From positions 780,001 to 812,000 of the forward strand of contig NC_017856.1 in assembly GCF_000260965.1 (NCBI RefSeq): DNA of 32,000 bases. The letters run 5' to 3'. Under the pieces are notes generated by a model. That model searched no databases and was not told where the DNA came from. It worked only from the letters and a program-made list of their open reading frames with translations. The DNA is from Methylophaga frappieri (GTDB taxonomy: Bacteria; Pseudomonadota; Gammaproteobacteria; Nitrosococcales; Methylophagaceae). Shown here piece after piece: positions 1 to 8,108 of the stretch (position 1 is its first letter; each line of letters starts with the position of its first letter). The position numbers were made by a program, and so were the translations under genes.

Positions 1-348
1 CGGCTTGGCATTTTTACCGACCAGCTTCATGCCATTGTAATCAAGCGGATTATGACTGGCAGTGACTTCAATACCGCCATCCACATCCAGATAAAACGAC
101 GCAAAATAGATTTCTTCGGTGCCGACCATACCGATATCAATCACCTCAGTCCCCGCCTCTATCAATCCCTGTGCCAAGGCTAATTTGAGTGGCTGACTGG
201 TTTCGCGAATATCCCCACCCACCACAACTTTTTTGGCATCGCGCTGTTTGGCAAAAGCATAACCAATGCGGTAAGCCACATCTTCATTCAATTCATCGCC
301 GAGTTTGCCGCGTATGTCGTATGCTTTAAAACAAGTTATTTTGGTCAC
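1..348 (-). CDS. manB: Phosphomannomutase/phosphoglucomutase, N-terminal 116 codons; the gene continues past the left edge
   Basis: My own reverse-strand translation from GTG at 348-346 gives [32 protein letters not shown]...[26 protein letters not shown] is the phosphoserine loop of alpha-D-phosphohexomutases, and the N-terminus parallels enterobacterial ManB/CpsG. It is absent from the ORF track because the window edge truncates it. Confidence 0.85.
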   Translation of the reverse strand, partial: MTKITCFKAYDIRGKLGDELNEDVAYRIGYAFAKQRDAKKVVVGGDIRETSQPLKLALAQGLIEAGTEVIDIGMVGTEEIYFASFYLDVDGGIEVTASHNPLDYNGMKLVGKNAKP

Positions 349-525
349 GGTTGCGCTATTCCAATTTCATTTATTAACAGATTTTTTTATTTTGACCGTC
401 TTTGCCTGCGCCAACTATTTCGCCTTATTTATTGTAAGCTTCGCTTGGCCTGTCATTTCCGCTTTTTTAGCTAAACGCACAAGAAGCTGTTATGGATTAT
501 GTCAGCCCAACTAGACTAGACCAAT

Positions 526-1323
526 TCATCGCAAAATCCCGACCCACCTCGCTAAAAATGGCAATTTGTTACGCAAAAAACCTCGTATTGAATACTGGCC
601 AAAATAATAGAGTGATTTCAATAGGTTGAGCTGCTCAACTTGGCGATAAAGCTGCCATGTATAGGCTGATGTCGTAAATTTATTCGACGAAATGGATTTT
701 TCATGAACGCGATACTGCCCTAAAACGTCACGAATACCATAGGCAAAATCGACTTTTTTTAAAAGCCGCAACCACAATCCAAAATCCTGCCGACGGCGAA
801 TCAGCGGCATACTGATGTCATCAAAGTAAGTCCGATCCAGCATCACCGTTAAACAACCGAGATAGCAAGTTTTCAGCAGCTGTTGATAATTCACCCTGAC
901 CGGCACCCCGACCTTGCCGATAAGCCGGCCCGATTCATTAATTTTTTCATACGCCGTGTAGGTAAAAGGGTGACCCGTTTCCTGCATAAAGGCGAGCTGC
1001 TTTTCAAGCTTAGTCGGTAACCACAGATCGTCACTATCCAAAAAAGCAAGATATCGACCCTTAGCTACCTTTATTGCCGCATTTCGAGCTACCGCAGCGC
1101 CACTATTTTGCTCCAGCCTGATCAGCTTAACCCGAGCATACTGCGCAACATACTTTTCCACCAAGACAACTGAATTGTCAGATGACACATCATCAACAAT
1201 AATCAGCTCCCAATTTGAATAAGTCTGGCCCAGTACCGACTCAATCGTTTGGGTAATGTATTCTTCTGCATTGTGAAGTGGGGTGATGATTGAAACTAAA
1301 TTATCAGACATCTTTTTTATCAT
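526..1323 (-). CDS. Family 2 glycosyltransferase
   Basis: 265-aa ORF with the typical GT2 N-terminus VSIITPLHNAEEYITQTIESVLGQTYSNWELIIVDDVSSDNS and a downstream FLDSDD (DxD) motif. An alternative start is M5 at 1311. Confidence 0.85.
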   Translation of the reverse strand: MIKKMSDNLVSIITPLHNAEEYITQTIESVLGQTYSNWELIIVDDVSSDNSVVLVEKYVAQYARVKLIRLEQNSGAAVARNAAIKVAKGRYLAFLDSDDLWLPTKLEKQLAFMQETGHPFTYTAYEKINESGRLIGKVGVPVRVNYQQLLKTCYLGCLTVMLDRTYFDDISMPLIRRRQDFGLWLRLLKKVDFAYGIRDVLGQYRVHEKSISSNKFTTSAYTWQLYRQVEQLNLLKSLYYFGQYSIRGFLRNKLPFLARWVGILR

Positions 1324-1328
1324 TTTAC

Positions 1329-2186
1329 TTATCGTCTTTCAGGTGTTTTACCGGCAATTAACAACCAAACCTCCAGTAACTCCACCCCCCACAGGCGCGC
1401 TTGAAACCAGATAACTTTGAATTTTTCAAGAAAATTAAGTTTATTTGTATTTATCACGCGTATCACTCTCCATACGGGCGGAATATGGGTCAACGCAAAA
1501 TACTTGAATCTTCTCATCCTCGTTCCTGAGCAAATCTGGCCGCCCTTAACCCGCCTCACTTTTGTTGCATAAGCGGCCCAAGTATCTCGCGCAGGATGGT
1601 AAACGATAGCGCTTGGCACATACTCCAATTTAAAGCCTGCGGCCAAAGCACGCTGACAAAAGTCCGCATCCCCGCCTGAAAAACGGCTTTCATCAAATAA
1701 TCCAATCTCATCGAATACAGCGCGGGGAATCGCCAGATTTGCGGTGACCGCATAGCCTCTGGACACATATCGCTGTTGTGGCAAGCCTACGGCAATATCA
1801 TAAAGCTCAGCTGAGGATGGCTGCTGACTGTTACTGCGAACAATCACGTTGCCAGCCAGCAAGGTTTTCCGATCAGAGCCAGAATAAGCCTCATAAAGGT
1901 GATTTAACCAATCATCACTCGGCACACAGTCAGCATCCGTGAATACAATTAGCTCACCTGACACTGCATCCAACCCCTTGTTCCTCGCAGCATAGGAACC
2001 CGGCTTTTCACATGTAAGAATGGTGATATCCTCATTTTCAGGGAGTTTGGGTATCTCATCTGAACCATTATCGACGATCACAAGCTCTCTGGAGAATGCG
2101 CCTGACTGGTTTGAGTATGCTTTTATTAAATCTGGTAGCAAATGCCACTGATTAAACACTGGTACGATGACAGACACATCCATCAC
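1329..2186 (-). CDS. Family 2 glycosyltransferase
   Basis: 285-aa ORF with VSVIVPVFNQWHLLPDLIKAYSNQ...ELVIVDNGSDE and FTDADC (DxD). Its start overlaps the stop of the upstream ORF as ATGA at 2183-2186. Confidence 0.85.
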   Translation of the reverse strand: MMDVSVIVPVFNQWHLLPDLIKAYSNQSGAFSRELVIVDNGSDEIPKLPENEDITILTCEKPGSYAARNKGLDAVSGELIVFTDADCVPSDDWLNHLYEAYSGSDRKTLLAGNVIVRSNSQQPSSAELYDIAVGLPQQRYVSRGYAVTANLAIPRAVFDEIGLFDESRFSGGDADFCQRALAAGFKLEYVPSAIVYHPARDTWAAYATKVRRVKGGQICSGTRMRRFKYFALTHIPPVWRVIRVINTNKLNFLEKFKVIWFQARLWGVELLEVWLLIAGKTPERR

Positions 2187-2609
2187 TTGCCTTCCTGGTG
2201 ATATCTGTCATAAAAAATATTCAGAAACCATTCATAAACTCTGGCATTCAGCGTCATGGGGTCGGGACAATTCTTAGTAAAACCTGTTACGCCATCATCG
2301 TATGCTTCTCCGAGCTGTCTGTCCCAGGCTCTAGAAGACGCCGCATTATGATGTTGAAATACGCGATGGAGGTTATACAAATGATAACCAACCTCTTTGG
2401 TAGTGACAGCGTTGTGATTCCTGAACTCAGCAAGTCGATACCTCAACCGGAGCAGCCTAAACACTAGAATTGTAGAGAAAATGGCGAATAACCCCGCTCT
2501 TTATGACTCACATCGCACCAGCATAAAAGGCATCAAAGAAAGTGCGAATCTGAGCATTTAAGGTAGTATCATCAAACATAGCATTAAGTGGAGAGTATTT
2601 GTTACTCAT
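2183..2609 (-). pseudogene. Probable disrupted small gene (~142 codons) of unknown function, now a 33-aa ORF (2508-2609) plus a 93-aa GTG ORF (2183-2464)
   Basis: The ATG at 2609-2607 overlaps the stop of the SDR gene (ATGA). The stop at 2183-2185 overlaps the start of the next GT2 (ATGA). The span is 427 nt, which is 3n+1, and the two pieces lie in different frames separated by stops (TGA 2508-2510 in the first frame, TAA in the second just downstream). I recognise no family. Confidence 0.4.
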
Positions 2610-3385
2610 AACTCTCCTTCCAATTTGTCTGAAAACAGTTTTTGGATCTTGGTGTTCTTCGCTGAAGCGTTTTTCTGGTTTTGGAAATTTATCTGATTCA
2701 AGTGGAATAGTTCCATCGCATACTTTTCAATGACACGTTTCTGGTATTGGTCATCGAAAAGAACATCTTTATTTCCTAGTATTTTTTTTAATTCAGACAG
2801 ATTTGCGAATTGCTTTGACCCAGTATCTATCTCTTTGTACCTTGTGAGACACCCTATAGCCTCTTCAACCAATTTGAATATTTCGATCACATTGATCGGT
2901 TGCTCAGGGCCAACAGCTAACGTCAAATTAATATCATTTTTATCAATCAGTAACTGCAAGACTCTCATCACATCGACGACATCTATCAAGCTTCGATAGG
3001 CATGTTTTTGAAGTAAAACAGGCTCTTCTCTAGTAATAGCTTTAACGAAGTAATTCATAAGCGTGTTGTTGCCGGTTATGCCAACAACTTGAGGCAGCCG
3101 TAGTATTATGTAGCGAGTTGCTGTTTGCTTGACGATGGTTTCAACATTCCGTTTGTGTCGTGCATATTTGCTATCACCATCCTCAGCGAGATAGCTACTG
3201 AAGTAAACGAATAACGCGTTATCGGAAATTGACCTTTCTAAAAGGTTAATCTCTCTCCGATATGCTGAAACATCTTTCTCATTCGAGTTAGACACCCCAG
3301 ACGCAAAAATTGTCACAGGCAGGTTAGCTCTCATCACAGAAGCGGCTCTAGCCATCATTCCGTTGCCAACAATCTCTATGCTCAT
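2606..3385 (-). CDS. Small NAD(P)-binding SDR-fold protein, candidate nucleotide-sugar ketoreductase/epimerase
   Basis: The N-terminal IEIVGNGMMARAAS is a Rossmann-like GxGxxA. YARHK fits the SDR YxxxK catalytic motif. I chose the ATG at 3385 because it overlaps the GT56 stop as ATGA; the ORF track starts at 3397. The functional assignment is family-level only. Confidence 0.55.
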   Translation of the reverse strand: MSIEIVGNGMMARAASVMRANLPVTIFASGVSNSNEKDVSAYRREINLLERSISDNALFVYFSSYLAEDGDSKYARHKRNVETIVKQTATRYIILRLPQVVGITGNNTLMNYFVKAITREEPVLLQKHAYRSLIDVVDVMRVLQLLIDKNDINLTLAVGPEQPINVIEIFKLVEEAIGCLTRYKEIDTGSKQFANLSELKKILGNKDVLFDDQYQKRVIEKYAMELFHLNQINFQNQKNASAKNTKIQKLFSDKLEGEL

Positions 3386-4440
3386 CTGAGATTCCATTGG
3401 CTTTCAAACACTTCATCCCAATTTTTTTTCAATCTTTCCCTGGTAAAGAAATATGCAACTCTTGCAATATTTTGGGATGCCGTTTCATGTTCAATGGGCT
3501 TAAGCTCAATGTTGGCTAATGAATCAAACAACGTCACTCCTTTTGCTTGGAAATAGCTCCAAGGCGTTATATCGCTTCTGATGTATAGCTTTTTCCCCAT
3601 TCCTAATAAAGCGATAATGTTACCCATTGCCTGTTGCCTGTCATGATTCATTATCGCGATATCAATCCCATTCAAATAGATTGTATATTCATCAAACGAC
3701 ATGAACTCAGTCATGGGAACGAACTTCTCACCAAGTTTAGAATAGCCGTACTCGATAATCTCAGCTTTGTATGTTTCATTTCCATATGATAACGGACAAT
3801 AAACCCTAAAATCCTTAGCCACCTCTTTAGAGAGTTTATCGATGATTTCTTTATGATTGTTTGTAGGAGATGCTGAATTACCAATTTGAATATTCAGCCT
3901 TGTAGCATCACTGGTAATCCTTGCCTTTATATCCCTGTTGACATGACTTGGGTACATCAAGTTTTCGATGTAAACGGCTCTTGTGTCATACCATTTCTTA
4001 GCAAGAAGAAAATCTCCAGGTACGGTTGTCGTCACGGCTCCCAAGTTTTTAAATACTCGTTTCCTTAAAAACTCTCGAACATACCACTTAAAATTCCTTT
4101 TCCCTTGCTCTCGCCGATAGAGATCTATCCCCCATAAAACCCAGCAAATTTTCTTCAAATAAGATGTATGAATATTTAAAAATAAAATCACTTTCATACT
4201 CGCCAAGAAATGAATGATGACTTTGTCAGAGCTAATTATGTGTTGCCTTAACTTAGTATATTTCCCTATTGTGCCGAACCGAGATCCAAATATAATATTG
4301 CTATACCCCGGTAACGGATAATGTTCTTCTCGGTCAAATATATAAAAGATATGTTGTTCAAAATCATCATATTCTGATTTCATAAAATCTATAAATTGTG
4401 GAATAAATTTATCGTTGTGAATAATATGTAAAGTTGTCAT
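3382..4440 (-). CDS. GT56-family glycosyltransferase, WecF-like (4-acetamido-4,6-dideoxyhexose transferase type)
   Basis: 352-aa ORF, the same size class as E. coli WecF. Blocks WVLWGIDLY and IQIGNSASPTNNHKEII match the W-x-x-WG-x-DLY and GNS-x4-N-x-H blocks I recall from WecF. It lies in the right genomic context, next to wzx, a GNAT and an aminotransferase. Confidence 0.7.
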   Translation of the reverse strand: MTTLHIIHNDKFIPQFIDFMKSEYDDFEQHIFYIFDREEHYPLPGYSNIIFGSRFGTIGKYTKLRQHIISSDKVIIHFLASMKVILFLNIHTSYLKKICWVLWGIDLYRREQGKRNFKWYVREFLRKRVFKNLGAVTTTVPGDFLLAKKWYDTRAVYIENLMYPSHVNRDIKARITSDATRLNIQIGNSASPTNNHKEIIDKLSKEVAKDFRVYCPLSYGNETYKAEIIEYGYSKLGEKFVPMTEFMSFDEYTIYLNGIDIAIMNHDRQQAMGNIIALLGMGKKLYIRSDITPWSYFQAKGVTLFDSLANIELKPIEHETASQNIARVAYFFTRERLKKNWDEVFESQWNLR

Positions 4441-4495
4441 TTTTTTATATCATTTAGAATGGATGACTCAGTCCAAAACGAGTAATTAATCTAAT

Positions 4496-5499
4496 TTAGG
4501 ATTTTATTCTTCTAAAAGATCTTGCGAAAATAAATCCATAGTATCTGACTAGTAACCGAGTTTTCTTAATCGAAAAGGCTGGGGAAAACGACTTGATTAC
4601 TTTCAATCTTGCATAACAGGATGCAGACGGAAGGGCAATACCAATAGAATAATGTGCCCAAGGAATGGCAATAGCATTAGCTTTAGAAGTCCAGCTAAAA
4701 TAAGTCCAACTTTTATTAAGAGCTGCTATCATCTTTAAACGATGGTTAAGTAGTGCATTACTGTCTGACTGTGTTTCACTCCATGAACCTTCGACATTCT
4801 TCCTGTACACCGAGGTGAGTGTAGATAAGTAATATACACGGCCATAAAAAGCCATAAATATCTGTATAAAATAATCTCCAACTGGTGGGTTTATATACTT
4901 AAAGTAGCCAGAAATTTGCTGCATAAAATCTGAAGTTATCATCATTGATGCCGTGGGAAGATACCCCTTTTTTCTTGTTACGATATCTTCAGTTTCTATG
5001 AACTGATCACATCCATCTAATACGTATGTTAGTTTTTCTGTTTTTTCACTGAGATTTTTTTCTAAAGCTTTGTGACAACTGAGGGTAATATTCCTATACC
5101 GTTTGTGAATATCAACTTGTGTCTGTAGTTTATCTGCGTCTATCCAATAATCATCACCTTCACACAATGCAATAAACTTTCCTTTAGCCCGGGTGAAGTT
5201 AAACTCAATATTCATTTTTTTCCCTGAGAATATTGATTCTCAACTTGATAAATCGGCTTAATCAGATTCGGATAAGCAGCTTCATACTCCCTGATAATAT
5301 CTGCCGTTCTATCAGTCGACGCATCATCATGAATCAATATTTCAAAAGGAAAATCTGTTTCCTGAATTAAAAAACCTTCGAGTGCATCTTCAATGTATGC
5401 ATCATGGTTATAGGTAATACAACAGATACTGACCACAGGGCTCGACAAGTCCCCTTCCCATGACGCCATAATCTCTGTTTGGCTACGCAGATTCCTCAT
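4496..5499 (-). pseudogene. Family 2 glycosyltransferase interrupted by a frameshift at an A7 tract (95-aa N-terminal ORF plus 239-aa C-terminal ORF), or recoded by a -1 frameshift
   Basis: The N-terminal piece (5212-5499) carries VSICCITYNHDAYIEDALEGFLIQ...ILIHDDASTDRT. The C-terminal piece (4496-5215) carries AKGKFIALCEGDDYW (DxD). The junction on the minus strand reads CAG GGA AAA AAA TGA ATA. One extra A, or a -1 ribosomal slip, gives ...QGKKMNIEFNF... in frame, for 334 aa. Confidence 0.75.
5215..5221 (-). repeat. A7 homopolymer (T7 on the plus strand) forming an A_AAA_AAA heptamer at the GT2 frame break
   Basis: Read directly from the sequence: plus-strand cat-tttttt-ccc at 5213-5224. 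The 0-frame stop TGA is at 5212-5214, and the downstream ORF's ATG is at 5215-5213. Confidence 0.9.
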
Positions 5500-6950
5500 T
5501 AGGCATTATTCCTAGCGGATTTATTTGTTAGCAGATGGCTGGCGTAGCCCAGTGCTGGCAACTTCAACATTCGGGAGACCAGTAGGTAGGATAAACAAGC
5601 ACCGGCTCCAAGCAGTAAAACCTCCGGCAACGCACTCCAGTCCAGTGATATTTGAACAAGCCACACGCAGATAGCAATTACACCAGCCAACAGGAGTGTC
5701 GGCATAAAATCAGCTAGTTGCTCTGTAACCGAGTAATTAATCAGTCTTTTCGAGTAATAACTATTCGGTATATATGCCAGAACGGAACTAATAATCTGCC
5801 CGAGCAAAATTCCCTCTACACCAAACCTGTAACTGACGAGTAATATCAGCACTGCAAGCGCTTTCTTCACAACCTCAAGCCCTAAAAACAAGTCTGATCT
5901 GCCAAGCACTTTGAGCATATTCAAATTAATAGCGTGAATGGGAATCAACACACCAGCCAAGCACATTAATTGAATGTAAATCACCGAAGGCCACCACGCC
6001 TCTGGTAAAAAACTATGAAAAAGTGGCTCCGCAAGCGCGGCAAAAAACAAGATTATGGGAAACATAACAAACGTAGTAACTGTAATCACTCTTTTATAAC
6101 TTTGCTTCAACCGTTCTTTATCGCCCTGAATATTTGCCAATGCTGGGAAAGTAACTTTTTGAATAGAGCTAACCATCTGGTATATGAGTATTTCTCTGAT
6201 ACGATCAGCAAAAAAGTAGAGACCAGCAACACTCGTAGAGAAAAGCTTCGCTATCACCACCACGAACATGTTCTTAAACCCGGTATCCAGCAGATTCGAC
6301 AAAAACAATTTATAACCAAATCGATACATGGATTTCAGCGAGGCTTTTGACCAAGCCAAGTTAGGCCGCCAGAGGTTCTGTAGCCAGAGGAATATGGCAA
6401 CAAAAAATGCTGACGTCAGCATCTGTGCAACCAAAGCCCATACCCCAAAGCCATAATAGGCAAATCCCAGAGCCACGATGGCCGAGATGATTGTAGCGGG
6501 AAGTGCAGCACGGAACTGAGCTTTAAAGTTCATTTCTCTGCTCAAACAAGCATACTGCACCACCTGAAAAACATTGATTATGACGACCACGCCCGCCACT
6601 CGAATCAATGGAATTAACTGATTTTCACCATAAAACCCGGCAATCGCTGGGGCACATATAAATAACAAAAAGTACGAAATAATGCCCAGTAGGATATTGG
6701 CAAAGAAGGCGGTATTAAAATCTTCTTGGCTGACTTCAGGTAAGCGGATTAAAGCCTGACGGAAACCAGAGTCCATAAGTGATGTTGCGATACTGATAAA
6801 AACCGCCATCATCGCCACAAGGCCGAAGTCTTCAGGACTCAAAAAATAAGCCAGAACTAATGTCACTGCTACTGATATGCCCTTTACTGATATTTGCTCT
6901 GCAAAGTTCCAAAGGACACCGATCAGTGTTTTATTGCTCAATGAAGCCAT
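5499..6950 (-). CDS. wzx: Wzx-type polysaccharide/O-unit flippase (MOP superfamily)
   Basis: Polytopic hydrophobic protein of about 483 aa. Its N-terminus NKTLIGVLWNFAEQISVKGISVAVTLVLAYFLSPEDFGLVAM is typical of 'polysaccharide biosynthesis protein' flippases. I prefer the start at M15 (6950), which avoids overlap with the GNAT. Its TAA stop overlaps the next ATG by 1 nt (TAATG, 5497-5501). Confidence 0.85.
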   Translation of the reverse strand: MASLSNKTLIGVLWNFAEQISVKGISVAVTLVLAYFLSPEDFGLVAMMAVFISIATSLMDSGFRQALIRLPEVSQEDFNTAFFANILLGIISYFLLFICAPAIAGFYGENQLIPLIRVAGVVVIINVFQVVQYACLSREMNFKAQFRAALPATIISAIVALGFAYYGFGVWALVAQMLTSAFFVAIFLWLQNLWRPNLAWSKASLKSMYRFGYKLFLSNLLDTGFKNMFVVVIAKLFSTSVAGLYFFADRIREILIYQMVSSIQKVTFPALANIQGDKERLKQSYKRVITVTTFVMFPIILFFAALAEPLFHSFLPEAWWPSVIYIQLMCLAGVLIPIHAINLNMLKVLGRSDLFLGLEVVKKALAVLILLVSYRFGVEGILLGQIISSVLAYIPNSYYSKRLINYSVTEQLADFMPTLLLAGVIAICVWLVQISLDWSALPEVLLLGAGACLSYLLVSRMLKLPALGYASHLLTNKSARNNA

Positions 6951-6954
6951 TTTT

Positions 6955-7404
6955 CTACGGCAGCCTATATTGAAGGCTGAGTATATTTCCATTTCGAGTT
7001 TGCTCTACAAATTCATTCTTCTTGTAAAAATGAATAAGACTCTGCGAGCGAGAATCAACTTCAAGTTCAATGAGTCTGTAGTTAGTGTCTCTGGCATATC
7101 TCTTTAAAGCTGTTAAAAGATAGCTGCCGAGCCCAATACCTTGAAAAACTTTTTTTATTGAAATTGATGTGATGAAAAGACTTTTTTGTTGCTCATTCAG
7201 ATAAAAAGCGAAATGGGCAACATCAACCTGCTCCTCCGCCACCAAAAATAGGTTTTTTGCTTTATCAGAAAGCTTTTTCGCATAATCGAATAAATTCACT
7301 CTTTCTGATAAAGGATCATAAAAATCAGAATCAACTTGCCTCAAAAAATTCAAGATCCTGTCCGAATCATTAGACCACTCGACTTTGTAACCATTTACGC
7401 TCAT
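6955..7404 (-). CDS. GNAT-family N-acetyltransferase (candidate amino-sugar N-acetyltransferase)
   Basis: 149-aa ORF with a KKVFQGIGLGSYLL acetyl-CoA-binding (Q/R-x-x-G-x-G/A) motif and a C-terminal FYKKNEF typical of GNATs. Its start overlaps the WbqC stop (7401-7404). Confidence 0.8.
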   Translation of the reverse strand: MSVNGYKVEWSNDSDRILNFLRQVDSDFYDPLSERVNLFDYAKKLSDKAKNLFLVAEEQVDVAHFAFYLNEQQKSLFITSISIKKVFQGIGLGSYLLTALKRYARDTNYRLIELEVDSRSQSLIHFYKKNEFVEQTRNGNILSLQYRLP

Positions 7405-8108
7405 AGGTAATCAAACTCGCTCAATTTTTGCTGAATTTCTGATTTTCTACAAAACATGATCAAATCAATAATTGATAGCCAAGGTGTGTGCCCACTCTGG
7501 TTTTGGTCGTATTCAATTTCTTGTGGTTTAAGAAACTTCAGCGTGAGGTTCTCAGCATCAAAATCATCTTTATCATAAAGGTCTACCCCCCCATGTGGAT
7601 TGATATAAGTATCAGCATTAAGATTGTGACAAATAGCTTTTACTTTTTCTGCTGATCGTAAATCATGATCAATATCCAGAGAGGATGAGATGACGAGTTC
7701 AGTGTCTATGCTCAAGTAATCCCTCACAGTTTTAATTGAGTGATAAACAAAATTGAATAAGTTTTTATCATTAAATAACAGACACTCTCTAAGTAACTTT
7801 ACCCCTTCATAAAAATGTGGGGTTTTCGCATAAGCTGCCTCAAATTGTCTGAGCAATTTTTTTACATGTTCATCATGAATATCTGAAAGGTAACGCTCTG
7901 ACACATCAAGATAATCAGAGTCTTTTTTGAGCGGAAGAGTAAACGTTTGAGGTTGACTATTTAGTAAAAAACGATTTCTGTTTATCCAGCCTTTTTTGGT
8001 GAACTGAATATTGTCATAAATAACAAACTGGTCAACAGCATTCATTAACTGCCAGTATCCAATATATGGCAGAAAATAAGGCTGCATGATTGCGATGCGT
8101 TTACTCAT
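7401..8108 (-). CDS. WbqC-family protein (function unknown; recurrent in O-antigen loci)
   Basis: 235-aa ORF. The N-terminus RIAIMQPYFLPYIGYWQLMNAVDQFVIYDNIQFTKKGWINRNR is the hallmark WbqC-like signature. Confidence 0.8.
   Translation of the reverse strand: MSKRIAIMQPYFLPYIGYWQLMNAVDQFVIYDNIQFTKKGWINRNRFLLNSQPQTFTLPLKKDSDYLDVSERYLSDIHDEHVKKLLRQFEAAYAKTPHFYEGVKLLRECLLFNDKNLFNFVYHSIKTVRDYLSIDTELVISSSLDIDHDLRSAEKVKAICHNLNADTYINPHGGVDLYDKDDFDAENLTLKFLKPQEIEYDQNQSGHTPWLSIIDLIMFCRKSEIQQKLSEFDYL

Noticed and set aside
305-514. 69-aa plus-strand ORF encoding a very hydrophobic peptide in the manB/GT2 gap
   Set aside because: Its 5' end overlaps the manB start on the opposite strand. The rest is T-rich intergenic DNA, which translates to Phe/Leu/Ile-rich sequence by default. 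I saw no SD sequence and recognised no family, and it runs against the orientation of the whole locus.
1556-1768. 70-aa same-strand out-of-frame ORF nested in the second GT2; similar nested ORFs at 8596-8883 and 13222-13527
   Set aside because: They are alternative-frame ORFs inside genes with strong family signatures. They have no independent start context and no recognisable sequence features.
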